The translations under genes were made by a program, and so were the position numbers. A stretch of 64,000 nucleotides of DNA from Eledone cirrhosa (lineage: Eukaryota): the NCBI GenBank assembly GCA_964016885.1, contig OZ024743.1, positions 61,008,001-61,072,000 of the forward strand. The letters run 5' to 3'. Below, piece by piece: positions 12,510 to 26,439 of this stretch. Position 1 is the stretch's first letter. The number at the start of each line of letters is the position of its first letter. The notes under the pieces are model-generated. The model was not told the DNA's origin and made no database searches. It saw only the letters and a list, made by a program, of their open reading frames with translations.

Positions 12510-13074
12510 TATATATCATAAAACATGTCTATAGAATCACCAGATAAAATATATACCGTTTCCTCTCCCTTGGGGTGGGCTTTCTAGCAAAAAGACTACC
12601 AGCCGTAAGCAACTAATCACATCTTTTCTAACTTGACCGCTGCTACGTCACGATTATTAGCCATTTTTGAATGTATTCTTGGCGCGATCACTTTGGAAAA
12701 TTAATTGTCTAAATTTGGGCTAACTCCTGAAGAATCCGAAGCTCTAGATATCCAATGTTATCGGATGTTTTAAAATGCAGACGAAACTATGGTAGAGGTA
12801 ATTAAATATGTACACTTTTCTTCTAGTTTATTTTACACCTAATTCTGTTTAGTTGACTGTATATCTGGTCGATTTATACATGCTGTCGAAATATTCGATA
12901 AATGATCCGTCGTAACCGCCGCAAAGGGGCTGCTTTCGGTTATTTGTCGGAGATTTCTTCATAGGAGCCTTTATTCTTATAGCTTGGTCTAATTGATTTT
13001 TTATATGGTTAATTATGCTAATTGGGAGAGGAAACAGTATATATTTTATCTGGTGATTCTATAGACATGTTTTA

Positions 13075-13082
<8 letters not shown>
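12510..13082 (+). mobile_element. Solo PLE pLTR with ~60-bp inverted ends and an internal HHR (12724-12797)
   Basis: 12510-12570 is the reverse complement of 13024-13082. HHR: CTC-CTGAAGA-[long stem II]-GAAA-CTATGG-TA-GAG. Confidence 0.65.
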
Positions 13083-13112
<30 letters not shown>

Positions 13113-13643
13113 GTTAGAATATGTGTAATAAGGCCAAGACAATGCAGATATGGACATAGAAAAAAGAATGCAATAGTGAAAGATATTGATGAGAATTCGT
13201 CTTTCACCTTGAATTTATTTAAATGTCCTTAATTTTCGAGATAATATCTCTTCTTCGGAGGGAAGTAAAAGTCTCAGACCAGCGTCTAAATTTCCAATGA
13301 AGCCATGCTGACCGGAAATAGTATAGAGTTCTAACTTTAATATCAAAGAATTAAAATTAGGTGGGTAAAGAGTAGTCTCCTTTTAAGAGGGGTTTGTTTA
13401 TGTTTTTGTTGTGTTTTTATAAATTTTATATGCGTGCCTGTATATGTGTGTGGGAGAAAGCATGAAGGTGTAGGTATGTGGGTGTGTGTGTGTGAGTGTG
13501 GGAAGATAGGTCTAATCGTAAAAGTGGGGGGTAGGTGTTATCTGGTGTTATAACTGGTTTTGTGTGTGTATGTGTGAGAGAGAATAAGTGGAGATGTGCG
13601 CGTGCGTGTGTGTGGGGTGTGTAAAGTGGGGCTAGAGGCCCTA

Positions 13644-15354
13644 TCAGGTTATAAATTGGGTGTTGAGCTCTAGTCTATTATTGATTGGTGGATGTGTTCT
13701 ATCTATAATGAGTGCTTCCTTGATTCTAAGATTGCCGAGGTTTCTTTCTTTAGTTTCTATCCTAACTGTTATGTTTTTATCAGTGTTTTTGCATTTAACT
13801 AGGTGTTTCTTAAATGAGGAAGCGTTAGTATTGAGGTGTTCTTTTATTCTTATGTGGAGTGGTCTGGTGGTGCTACCTACGTAGAAGTTGTTGCATTTGT
13901 CACACTCTAGTCTGTAAACTACGTAAGCCTGGTGGCATAGGTCTGTGTCGTTGATGGGGCAGTTGGCTAGTCTGCAGCAGTTGTCATGTCTGGTGGAGTG
14001 TCTCTTAGCTAGCCGTCCACGCAAAGAAGGACCCGAATGGGCCAGTTGAATATCCAGACCTTCTCGTCTGATGGCTCTGCGGATGGCTGTTGTTGTTTCT
14101 TCACTGAAGTGTGGGAGCTTCAGGAAGCAAGTGTTAGTGCCTCGGGTGTGGTGTCCTCTGTTCTTTCTGGCACGGTTTGTGGTGGATGTCGTGTATCCGT
14201 TCAGTTTGAGTACTTCCAGGAAATGTGTGGTGTGTGTGTCTCGGTCTCTGGCGTCGGTGCATTTGTTCTTGATACGTGCCAGTTCGTTCTTTATGTATCC
14301 GAACTTGGCACCGAGTGGGAGGGCCGATCTGAAATGTACGAACAGGTCCCTGCTGGCGGCTTTTTTATAGAAGCAGGTGTGGATGTTGCCTTCCTCTGTT
14401 ACCCTGAGTTGGAAGTCCAGCAGGGATAGGGATCCGCGGTCATCGGGGTGTTCTATGCTGAACTTTATACTGGCGTCCATGCTGGAGAATGTTGTGTATA
14501 TTTTCTCTGCCTCCTCACGGGATGATGTAAGGATGAGTATGTCATCTACATATCGGGTGAAGAAGGCATGGGAATGGCAGGTGTTGAGGGCTCGGCATTC
14601 TAGTTGGTTCATGTAAGTGATGGCCAGCAGGCCAGAGAGGCTGGATCCCATGGGTAATCCTGTTGTCTGTCTGTATGTGTGGTGGTGGAAGGTGAAGTAC
14701 GTGTTGTCGACTGTGAAGGACAAAAGTTGGTGTATGTCCGTCGGGTGGAGGCCGTAGCAGTGGATGTTCTCTGCGACCACGCAGTCCGTCAATAAATCGA
14801 CAGCTGGGTGAGCGGGGACTGTAGTGTAGAGGGAGACAACGTCGAGGCTAAAAGCGTATTTATTAAGTTTAAGTTGTTCTGGCTGGAGTTGGTGTAATCT
14901 ACGTATAACTTCGTCGGAGCTACTGACATGTCCGGGGAAGGTGGAGAGTAGAGGCTTGAGGACCTGGGAGAGAAGCCAGGAAATTTTGTATAGGGGTCCT
15001 TCTATGCTAGAGACGATGGGTCTTATATGCGTCTTAGTGCTATTCTTATGGGTCTTGATGAGGTGGTAGAAAGTGGGCAGTCTGCTATTTCTAGTGGTGT
15101 AGTTGAGTTTAATTTTATTCGGGAGTTGTCTTCTCCTACAGATATCGAACCAAATGGAGTTGGTCTGTTTTTCGATTTGGGCTGCGGTCATGTCCGGGAT
15201 CACTGTGTACAGTTCACTGTCGCTTAGGTGTTCGAAGGCTAGGTTATTGTATGTGGCTTGAGAGATGACGCAGAACTCTTTACCTTTGTCGGATGGTAAG
15301 TAAATAAGTTCTTTATTCCGTAGGTTCTTCAGGGCGAGTTGTTGTGTCCTGGAG
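13644..15354 (-). CDS. PLE reverse transcriptase + GIY-YIG endonuclease, 5'-truncated, no internal stops
   Basis: PSDKG, KTHK...RPIVS, SLDVVSLYT, GLPMGSSLS, RYVDD, VVYRLEC..C..FYVGST.R.L..RIKEH. The first ~39 aa of the listed ORF are the antisense of the inverted arm. Confidence 0.93.
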
Positions 15355-15390
15355 AGGTCTGGATATTCAACTGCCCATTCGGGTCCTTCT

Positions 15391-15771
15391 TTGCGTGGAC
15401 GGCTAGCTAAGAGACACTCCACCAGACATGACAACTGCTGCAGACTAGCCAACTGCCCCATCAACGACACAGACCTATGCCACCAGGCTTACGTAGTTTA
15501 CAGACTAGAGTGTGACAAATGCAACAACTTCTACGTAGGTAGCACCACCAGACCACTCCACATAAGAATAAAAGAACACCTCAATACTAACGCTTCCTCA
15601 TTTAAGAAACACCTAGTTAAATGCAAAAACACTGATAAAAACATAACAGTTAGGATAGAAACTAAGGAAAGAAACCTCGGCAATCTTAGAATCAAGGAAG
15701 CACTCATTATAGATAGAACACATCCACCAATCAATAATAGACTAGAGCTCAACACCCAATTTATAACCTGA
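15391..15771 (+). pseudogene. Inverted duplicate of the GIY-YIG coding end
   Basis: Protein identical to the C-terminal ~125 aa of 13644..15470. Confidence 0.93.
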
Positions 15772-16153
15772 TAGGGCCTCTAGCCCCACTTTACACACCC
15801 CACACACACGCACGCGCACATCTCCACTTATTCTCTCTCACACATACACACACAAAACCAGTTATAACACCAGATAACACCTACCCCCCACTTTTACGAT
15901 TAGACCTATCTTCCCACACTCACACACACACACCCACATACCTACACCTTCATGCTTTCTCCCACACACATATACAGGCACGCATATAAAATTTATAAAA
16001 ACACAACAAAAACATAAACAAACCCCTCTTAAAGGGAGACTACTCTTTACCCACCTAATTTTAATTCTTTGATATTAAAGTTAGAACTCTATACTATTTC
16101 CGGTCAGCATGGCTTCATTGGAAATTTAGACGCTGGTCTGAGACTTTTACTTC

Positions 16154-16188
16154 CCTCCGAAGAAGAGATATTATCTCGAAAATTAAGG
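16154..16188 (+). ncRNA. Minimal hammerhead (CCGAAGA variant); mirror copy at 13227-13261 on minus
   Basis: CCT-CCGAAGA-A-GAGAT att ATCTC-GAAA-ATTA-AGG. Confidence 0.7.
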
Positions 16189-16467
16189 ACATTTAAATAA
16201 ATTCAAGGTGAAAGACGAATTCTCATCAATATCTTTCACTATTGCATTCTTTTTTCTATGTCCATATCTGCATTGTCTTGGCCTTATTACACATATTCTA
16301 ACGTTTATACCTCATTACACAATGCTTCAAGTGAACTATAACCTCCTCCATATATATATATATATATATATATAAATATAAATATATATATATATTTCAT
16401 TCTAAAGAATGAAACAGTTCTACTCCTGTAGAATCTCATCTATATTAAAACTTATATATATAAATAT

Positions 16468-17012
16468 AAATATAAGTAAGTATACGTACATACATATATG
16501 TATACAGACTTACAGTAGTATGTATATATATATATACATACATGCACACATATATATATGTACGTATGGATTTACCGAACATTTATTATAATGCTCGGTG
16601 TGTTTGTAAACAAATATCCCGAATTAAGCCGTACAGTGTTTGGCAACCATCGTTGCTCTTTTGTTCAACACTGACAAAGGAACGATGTACTAGTTTCAAG
16701 CTTATTAGCTATCGTCAGCATCGTATACCTTCCTGCCAGATGATTGAACGTCTGAAAGTATATACTTTCCTTATGCATATTAACGGCTGAGCAGCCTAAT
16801 TTGCATATCGAGTTTGTTTACAAACACACCGAGCATTATAATAAATGTTCGGTAAATCCATACGTACATATATATATATGTGTGCATGTATGTATATATA
16901 TATATACATACTACTGTACGTCTGTATACATATATGTACGTATACTTACTTATATTTAAGTAACAGCCGTGCTAAGAGTGAGAAATGAAATTTCGTTTCA
17001 TTTTTTCCGTTG
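16468..17012 (-). mobile_element. Non-coding pLTR family with an inverted arm; further copies at 38965-39325 and 46206-46520
   Basis: 16468-16617 is inverted at about 16812-16959. ATGGATT[TC]ACCGAACATTTATTATAATGCTCGG is shared by all three loci. Confidence 0.8.
16683..16723 (-). ncRNA. Canonical minimal type I hammerhead
   Basis: CGATG-CTGACGA-T-AGCT aata AGCT-T-GAAA-CTAG-TA-CATCG. Related copy at about 39230-39270; deleted in the 46206 copy. Confidence 0.85.
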
Positions 17013-17024
17013 ATATATATATAT

Positions 17025-17059
<35 letters not shown>

Positions 17060-17539
17060 TAGATATATATAGATATAAACAGGGTAATAGAGGAGGGTGG
17101 ATAGATTGACAGGGAACGTGAGAGAGTTAGAGAGAGCGTGTGTGTCTGTGTGATAGAGAGATGGGGAGAGGAGGAGAAACAAAGAAAGAAACATATTATT
17201 TTACAGCTAGTGAGAGATAAAGCAATGCATATATAAATACATACATTTAACTGCCAACCTGACTGGCAACATAATAGTAGGCACTGAAGCATCACTTTGT
17301 ATTGTTTATAAAGATTTATAATAATATAATAAGAAGATTGTGTTTTTGATCTTTTGTCTTTCTTATTTCTGACTGTCAAGTAAAATATTTTGGTTGATAT
17401 GACATTCGTTATAGCTGGGATGTTTAAAAACTGGTTAATGCTGCAGAAATATGCTTTCAGAATAAGGAACTAAAGTGACAGATGGAATTTCTGTTCTGTT
17501 GTCATGCAAATTTTATGTTTCTAATGTATTGATAGTGAA

Positions 17540-17660
17540 TCGTTAGAGCGACTGGTCAAATGCATCAGTATGTTTTCCTTTCCTTCACGCTCTGAGTTCT
17601 AATTCCTGCTGATGTCCACTTTTCCTTTCCTCCTTTGGGACTAGATAAATGAAGTGCCTG
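17540..17660 (+). mobile_element. Degenerate tRNA-derived SINE
   Basis: CTCTGAGTTCTAATTCCTGC...CCTTTCCTCCTTTGGGACTAGATAAATGAAGTGCC. Confidence 0.55.
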
Positions 17661-17954
17661 CCGCTGAAGAGAAACATTGACAGAATTTTGACAGAATTTT
17701 AAATACGCCTGATGTTTTACTCTATTTGGTCCGGGTCTGCGTATTTTTCTCTCAGGAATTGCGACAGACTGATATTATCAACAATAATTTTCCACTTTTT
17801 GCTTTTGATTTTGAGACTAGACCGTATTCGGTTGGATTGAGAAAAGAAGAAAGAAAACATTGAAGGAGGAAGGAAATAAATAAGGAGAGAATGACGGAGT
17901 ATAATAGAAGGTGATTACCGTTCTTAAGTCAAAGTATTAGCGTCGAGCTCATTT

Positions 17955-18345
17955 GCTCTTGACTCAACTTCATTGAGATCGTGTTATAATTGATTTTAGA
18001 TATTAATGATTCTTAGCTCAACTTCAATATCTTCCTTGAAACAATATCATATTTGATCCTCAAACATAATGACACCCGTCATTGAAACTGCATTTTATTT
18101 CATTATAGAGACTATGATTTTTGTTTCAACTTGAATACCTCTATTAATACAGTGTTAGAGTTGATCCTAACTCAACTTGAAACTGTTATATTTAAAACAG
18201 CGATATATTTGAGCCTAGAACAGAATGAGTATTGACTCAGCGTGACTGCTTTCATTAAACTTGCGTCATATTTTAGTCTAGAACTGAATGATTTCCGACT
18301 TAATATAACCAGTTTCATTGGACCATCGATATATCTGAGCGAAAA
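17955..18345. repeat. Degenerate minisatellite, period about 55-63 bp
   Basis: Recurring ACTCAACTT / ATATTTGA-CTAGAAC-GAATGA motifs. Confidence 0.5.
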
Positions 18346-18850
18346 ACCTAACAATTATTTGCGCAAACATTAAAGGTACCTATAGAGCAAGAATGAATAA
18401 TTCATAGTATTAGCTACTTTAAGTGATATTTAATTTAGTTAGTTACCACGACAACCAGAATAAGTGATGGTAAAGATGCCACCGGATATGTACAACGACC
18501 ATGTGTCTTTGGAAACTAATCAACTAATTTTGTCAGTTATCTTCAAAGTTGATTGATTCTACCGAGCTGATGTCATTTTAGTTTCGTTATTCACTCAACG
18601 ATTATTTTCTGACTTCCAAACAAATTAATTACCGCAACATGTTGGTGATGTTTACGTGAAATGTCGCTTCTTTTTTATAGATTTCTACTAGATTCTAGTT
18701 CTCTATTTCGCTTTGATATTAGAATTTGTTTACGGTGAAGAATTTTGTTTCTATACATTTTTTCTGTTTCGTTATTGAAGATATTGTCTAATTTCTTTGT
18801 ACTTCTTACTCTCTAGCACACACACATACACACACTTAGAAATCTACATT

Positions 18851-18935
<85 letters not shown>

Positions 18936-18988
18936 CTCTCTCTCTCTCTTTTTTTTTTCTTCTCTCTTCCATTGTGCGTGACTGTACA

Positions 18989-19047
<59 letters not shown>

Positions 19048-19055
<8 letters not shown>

Positions 19056-19990
19056 ATATTTGGGGAGGGTCATATTTGCGTAATATTGCCAGAATTAATA
19101 ACAGAACACACTCACTGTTTGGTTGGTTTTCGCTTCTCGCTGTCTTTTATATATATATATCTGCGATCTAACTTACTCGGTCCTCAATGTTGCCATTGAC
19201 TGACCGGCGGTCAAAAATAATACAGATACAATATAGACAAACACATATATATATAGTTTACATAAATCTTTCGTTGCACATCTGCAACATCGTCAGTGGT
19301 GTTATATTCATTGTTCCTCCTGTTGTGTTGTATGTCTACGCCATTTTTTTTTTTTTTTTTGTTCAGTCTGTCTATATATTTATTTATTTATTTGCTTGTT
19401 TGTTTATCTTATTTTATTTTGTCTTCTTTGCGCATGCGTTTGCGTGTGTGTATAGTGTTATGTGTGATGTGTGACTAGTGTGTATAGTGTTGTGTCTGCT
19501 GGGTGATTAGTGTGTGTTTATGTGCTTGTGTATGTATTTATTTATCTTATTTTATTTTATTTTATTTACTTATTTATTTATACTTCTCTTAGGTCAGTGT
19601 TGTTTGTTTGGGTGTTGTTGTTGTTCCACTCATTCTTTCTGTTTAGCTTTGGTCTTCTAATTTCTATTTCACTGGCCTCTCTGATTTGCCTATCTGCTGG
19701 GTCATTCCTATGTTTAGATATTATTCTAATTTCTATGTTGTCTATGTTACCGTCATGATGTTGTCTAGCATGTTCGTATAGTACTGACCCGTTTTTTCGT
19801 CCTTTTAGTTCCCCCCAGTGTTGGTCTATCCTTTCACCTATGCTACGAGCTGTCTCACCTATGTATGTTGTTGTCGTGTTTCTGCAAGTACCCTCTGTAC
19901 ATCTTATGCTAACGCATGCGCAAAGAAGACAAAATAAAATAAGATAAACAAACAAGCAAATAAATAAATAAATATATAGACAGACTGAAC

Positions 19991-20021
<31 letters not shown>

Positions 20022-20367
20022 GTAGGCATACAACACAACAGGAGGAACAATGAATATAACACCACTGACGATGTTGCAGATGTGCAACGAAAGATTTATG
20101 TAAACTATATATATATGTGTTTGTCTATATTGTATCTGTATTATTTTTGACCGCCGGTCAGTCAATGGCAACATTGAGGACCGAGTAAGTTAGATCGCAG
20201 ATATATATATATAAAAGACAGCGAGAAGCGAAAACCAACCAAACAGTGAGTGTGTTCTGTTATTAATTCTGGCAATATTACGCAAATATGACCCTCCCCA
20301 AATATAACAATATCTGTTTCGACACACGATTTCATATAAAAAACCTCGCAAAACTAATTCATCGCCG

Positions 20368-20368
<1 letters not shown>
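19048..20368 (-). mobile_element. PLE 3' end (GIY-YIG 19578-19910) with inverted pLTR
   Basis: Arms 19048-19440 / 19911-20313. IRCTEGTC...TYIGETARSIGERIDQH...EH...H...RQIREA...PKLN. Extra tail 20314-20368; (TA)n flanks. Confidence 0.9.
20063..20100 (+). ncRNA. Minimal hammerhead; mirror copy at 19261-19298 on minus
   Basis: CA-CTGACGA-T-GTTGCA gatg TGCAAC-GAAA-GATTTA-TG. Confidence 0.7.
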
Positions 20369-20422
<54 letters not shown>

Positions 20423-20739
20423 CAAATGTTTAACCCCGATGGCAGAGCTCAAGCCGTTTCGACGGCTATTTCTGGACTAGTATATATATATATATACTAC
20501 AAACGTTTATGTTTACCAACTGAAGGAAATTGCACCAAATACATGCTGTGCAGTTCATAATTATTTGGAAATAAATAATTTATTTACACCATTGTTACTC
20601 TGAGTATCACATACATACGTATTACATACATACATACGTGTATGCGAGTGCCTGTGTGTATGTGAATGCATATGTATTGAACTGAACCTCCGTCAGTTTT
20701 AACTGCAATTTCTCTAGATGATACGATTAACGCAACATC

Positions 20740-21122
20740 CTGCTCGTCGAATTAATGTGAAAGAACCTGAGTATTCCGCATACACCTGTAGACTTATTTC
20801 TCAGGGAGATTCAGCATTACTCAGTGTGTGTGTGACAAGGCTAGCTCTTCGAATTACAAGCACAACGTGACATCCAACTCATGGAATTAACGTGCAAGAG
20901 GCTCAGCATTCCACTGACAGCTGTAAACTTGCTTCTCGGGGAGATTCAGCGTTACTCCGTATGTGTATGTATGTGACAAGGCTAGCCCTTCGAATTGCAA
21001 GCACAACTGCGTGAGCTGTAGCACCATGAAATATATTGATTTGCTCAAATATCCAACGCACCACACTGTCAGAGAATCGAACTCTTAATGGCGAGGTAAA
21101 CTCCCTAACTACTAAGCCACAG
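20740..21122 (-). mobile_element. Degenerate CORE-type SINE plus duplicated associated repeat segment
   Basis: GAATCGAACTC and TTGCTCAA head motifs at 21040-21120. Tandem ~135-bp segment GGGAGATTCAGC...GTGACAAGGCT, also at 58725-58830. Confidence 0.55.
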
Positions 21123-21536
21123 TCGTCCAGGGGTGTGTAAATGAATGAGTAGATACGGCGATTCTAGAAAAGATTTATCGCTTAATGATTGCTTGGTGTT
21201 AATGGTAATTGATTAGTGATAAATGGATCTATTAATCATTATATCAAACGTGTATGTGAGGGAGAGTGGGGGCTACTTTTAATAAGGTTGGTGAGAATAA
21301 ATATATCCTTACACCCATACAGAAAGTAAAGCTACTTAAAAGCTATTTCCATCCTTACATGTGTACTAACTTAATATAGATATACACGCACGTATAAACT
21401 CATATAGATGCAAGCATACGTACTTACATATTTCCATACATACATACATACATACATACATACATACATACATACATACATACATACATACATACATACA
21501 TACATACATACATACATACAAGCATACATACATACA

Positions 21537-22157
21537 TGGTGGCTGCGAACTCGTTTTCTAGTACGGCCACTACTTTATATCCATGTAGGAGAACCCCTAC
21601 CAATGCGCTGAACAAGTGTGACTTCTTAGTCCAGCCAGCGACTTGAAAACTCTGGTACAAACACTACACTTGTGACAATTATTGATACATAGTGCTGGCA
21701 TAGTGCTGGGCCCATGGTACCAGGTGACGACAAGTGCAGAGAGATCTCCAGATATAAAGCAATGCCTGTGCCGTGAAGCTTTTATAGTGAGCAAAGACAC
21801 TGCACAAAGGCAGTCCCACTCTCTTAACCAAGATGATATTTACCAAAAAGAAGAACAAGTCAACATCATTGGATACCATCAGGGTTGCAGCTGTTATATC
21901 ACAGTTATCATTCTCCTAGAATTCTGCCTTGACAAAGGCTAAGGAGTCATCTCTCCCGGTGATTTTGGATGGCCATTGACTCTTAAGAGCTCCTTAGCCA
22001 TTTGAAAGGTTTTATTTTTATTCCTGCAGGATGTCCAAAGTCACCCTCCTCACCAAGAAACCTTGGTGGGGTTGCCAGTTTAGTCGCCAACGACCCGACC
22101 ATGAGTCAGGTTGTACTGGAATACATGTTGCCAGTAGCACCAACTGGTGACCTGGCA
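21537..22157 (-). mobile_element. Non-autonomous RTE-derived element, unit 1
   Basis: 5'-UTR motif CTAGGAGAA..., terminal zinc finger [18 protein letters not shown], (TATG)n tail. Confidence 0.75.
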
Positions 22158-22322
22158 TATATATACATACATACATACATATATACATACATACATATAT
22201 ACATATACATACATATATATATATATATATATACACATACATATATATATACATACACATATATACAGACATACATATATACATACATACATATATATAT
22301 ATATAGATATACATACATACAT

Positions 22323-22379
<57 letters not shown>

Positions 22380-22921
22380 TATAGATATACATACATACAT
22401 ACATATACATACATATATATATACATATACATACATATATATATACATACATATATATATATATATACATACATACATATATATATATATACATATATAC
22501 ACATATTCATATATACATACATATATATATATACACATACATACATATATACACATACATATATATATATACATATATACATATACACATACATACATAT
22601 ACATACATATATATATATATACATATATATGTATACATATACATACATACGTACATATACATACATACACATATACATATACATACATACACATACATAC
22701 ACATATATATACATACATACATATATATACATACATATATACATACATCATATATGCATACATACATATATATATACATACATCATATATACATATATAC
22801 ATATATACATATATACATATACATATACATACACACACATATACATATATATATATATACATACATACATATATATACACATATATATATATACATACAT
22901 ACATATATATATACATATATA

Positions 22922-23526
22922 TGGTGGCTGACAACTCGTTTTCGAGTATGGCCACTACTTTATATCCATGTAGGAAAACTCCTACCGATGCGCTGAACGA
23001 GTGTGACGTTTTAGTCCAGCCAGCGACTTGAAAACTCTGGTACAAACACTACACCTGTGACAATTATTGACACATAGTGCTAGGCCCATGGTACCATGTG
23101 ACGACAAGTGCAGAGAGATCTCCAGATATAAAGCAATGCCTGTGCCGTGAAGCTTTTATAGTGAGCAAAAGCACTGCACAAAGCCAGTCCCACGCTCTTA
23201 ACCAAGATGATATTTACCAAAAAGAAGAACAAGTCAACATCATTGGATACCATCAGAGTTGCAGCTGTTATATCAGAGTTTTCCTTCTCCTAGAATTCCG
23301 CCCTGACAAATGCTAAGAGGTCATCTCTCCCAGTGATTGTGGATGGCCATTGACTCTTAAGAGCTCCTTTGCCCTTTGACAGGTTTTGTTTTTAGTCCTG
23401 CAGGATGTCCAAAGTCACCCTCCTCACCAAGAAACCTTGGTGGGGTTGCCAGTTTAGTCGCCAACGACCCGACCATGAGACAGCTTGGGATACATGTTAC
23501 CAGTAACACCAACTGGTGACCTGACA
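22922..23526 (-). mobile_element. RTE-derived unit 2
   Basis: Near-identical to unit 1; 3' hairpin ACTCG AAAA CGAGT. Confidence 0.75.
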
Positions 23527-23600
23527 TACATATATATATACATACATACATACACACATACATATACATACATACATACATACATACATACATACATACA

Positions 23601-23636
<36 letters not shown>

Positions 23637-23760
23637 TACATACATACACACACACATATATATACATATACATACATATATATATATATATACGTTATTC
23701 CGGGTTGAATCGGAGGTAACCACAGTAAGTAAGGTACTCAATACATAGCAGAGTATAACA

Positions 23761-23887
23761 GTTTTAATATAGATGAGATTCTACAGGACTAGAACTGTTT
23801 CATTCATTAGAAATCATCAGGAATCTCCTGATGATTTCTAATGAATGAAACAGTTCTAGTCCTGTAGAATCTCATCTATATTAAAAC
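23761..23887. repeat. Perfect palindrome (62-bp arms) of two back-to-back HHR cores; copy at 29119-29245
   Basis: Arms separated by ATC. Each reads CTGATGA-TTTC taat GAAT-GAAA-CAGTTC. Family fragments also at 16396-16452 and 55860-55955. Confidence 0.9.
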
Positions 23888-23970
23888 GTATATATATATA
23901 TATATATATACATACATACATACATATATACATATACATACATACATATATATATATACATATACATATA

Positions 23971-24008
<38 letters not shown>

Positions 24009-24219
24009 CATATACATACATACATATACACATATATATATACATATATCTATATATACATACATATATATACATATACATACATATACATATATATACA
24101 TACATATATATATATACATACATATATATATATATACATACATGCATACATATATATACATACATATATATACATATATATATATATACATGCATATATA
24201 TATATATATATATACATAC

Positions 24220-24271
<52 letters not shown>

Positions 24272-24484
24272 GCATACATACATATATATATATATACCTA
24301 CATATATACATACATATACATATATATATATACATACATACATATATACATACATACATATATATACATATATATATATATACATACATACATACATATA
24401 TATACATATATATATATATACATACATATATATATATATACATACATACATACATATATACATACATACATATATATATATATA

Positions 24485-25094
24485 TGGTGGCTGCCAACTC
24501 GTTTTCGAGTACGGCCACTACTTTATATCCATGTAGGAGAACCCCTACCGATGCGCTGAACGAGTGTGACTTTTTAGTCCAGCCAGCGACTTGAAAACTC
24601 TGGTACAAACACTACACTTGTGACAATTACTGACACATAGTGCTGGGCCCATGGTACCATGTGACGACAAGTGCAGAGAGATCTCCAGATATTAAGCAAT
24701 GCCTGTGCCGTGAAGCTTTTATAGTGAGCAAAGGCACTGCACAAAGCCAGTCCCACTCTCTTAACCAAGATGATATTTACCAAAAAGAAGAACAAGTCAA
24801 CATCATTGGATACCATCAGGGTTGCAGGTGTTATATCAGAGTTTTCCTTCTCCTAGAATTCTGCCTTGACAAAGGCTAAGGGGTCATCTCTCCCGGTGAT
24901 TTTGGATGGCCATTGACTCTTAAGAGCTCCTTTGCCCTTTGACAGGTTTTGTTTTTAGTCCTGCAGGATGTCGAAAGTCACCCTCCTCACCAAGAAACCT
25001 TGGTGGGGTTGCCAGTTTAGTCGCCAACGACCCGACCATGAGACAGGTTGTACTGGGATACATGTTACCAGTAGCACCGACTGGTGACCTGACA
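24485..25094 (-). mobile_element. RTE-derived unit 3
   Basis: Same sequence family as unit 1. Confidence 0.75.
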
Positions 25095-25099
25095 TAATA

Positions 25100-26030
25100 T
25101 ATATACATACATACGTATATATATATGTATACATACATACATATATATATATGTATACATACATACGCATATATATATACATACATACATACGTATACAC
25201 ACACACATACATACATACGCACATATATACACATACATACATACGCACACATATATACATACATACATACGCATACATATATACATACATACATACGTAT
25301 ATATATATACATACATACATACGTATACACATATACATACATACATACGCACACACATACACATACATACATACGTACACATATATACATACATACATAC
25401 GCACATACATACACATACATACATACGTATATACATATACATACATACATACGTATATACACACACATACATACATACGTATATACATATACATACATAC
25501 ATACGTATATATATACACATACATACATACGCACACATATATACATACATACATACGTACACACATATACATACATACATACGTACACACATATACATAC
25601 ATACATACGCATATATATACACATACATACATACGTACATATATATACATACATACATACGTACACATATATACATACATACATACGCACATACATATAC
25701 ATACATACATACGTATATATATATACATACATACATACGCACATATACACACATACATACATACGTATATATATACACATACATACATACGTATATATAT
25801 ATACATACATACATACGTACACATATATACATACATACATACGTATATATATATATACATACATACATACGTATATATATATACATACATACATACGTAT
25901 ATATATATACATACATACATACGTATATATATATACATACATACATACGCATATACATATACATACATACGTATATATATATACATATATATATATATAC
26001 ATATATATATATACATACATACATACGTAT
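25100..26030. repeat. ~26-bp minisatellite built from TACA/TA microsatellite blocks
   Basis: ACATACATACG[CT]A... recurs with CG about every 26 bp. Confidence 0.8.
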
Positions 26031-26071
26031 ATATATATACATATATATATACATACATATATATATATACA

Positions 26072-26102
<31 letters not shown>

Positions 26103-26439
26103 AGATACATATATATATAGATACATATATACATACATATATATATAGATACATATATACATATATATATATATACAGATACATATATACATATATACAT
26201 ATATATATATATATAGATACATATATACATATATATATATATAGAGATACATATATATATATATAGATACATATATACATATATATATATATAGTTACAT
26301 ATATACATATATATATATATAGTTACATATATACATATATATATATATAGTTACACATATACATATATATATATATAGATACATATATACATATATAGAT
26401 ACATATATACATATATACATATACACATACATACATACA

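Larger units (their letters stand above)
13106..16349 (-). mobile_element. Young Penelope-like element with a ~950-bp inverted pLTR
   Basis: Arms 13106-14061 and 15355-16309 are near-identical inverted copies. A 40-nt extra tail occupies 16310-16349. (TA)n on both sides. Confidence 0.95.

Noticed and set aside
15355-15470. N-terminus of the 608-aa ORF
   Set aside because: Antisense of the inverted arm; chimeric.
19911-20174. Hydrophobic N-terminus fused to GIY-YIG (198-aa ORF)
   Set aside because: Antisense read of the inverted UTR arm, not a real domain fusion.
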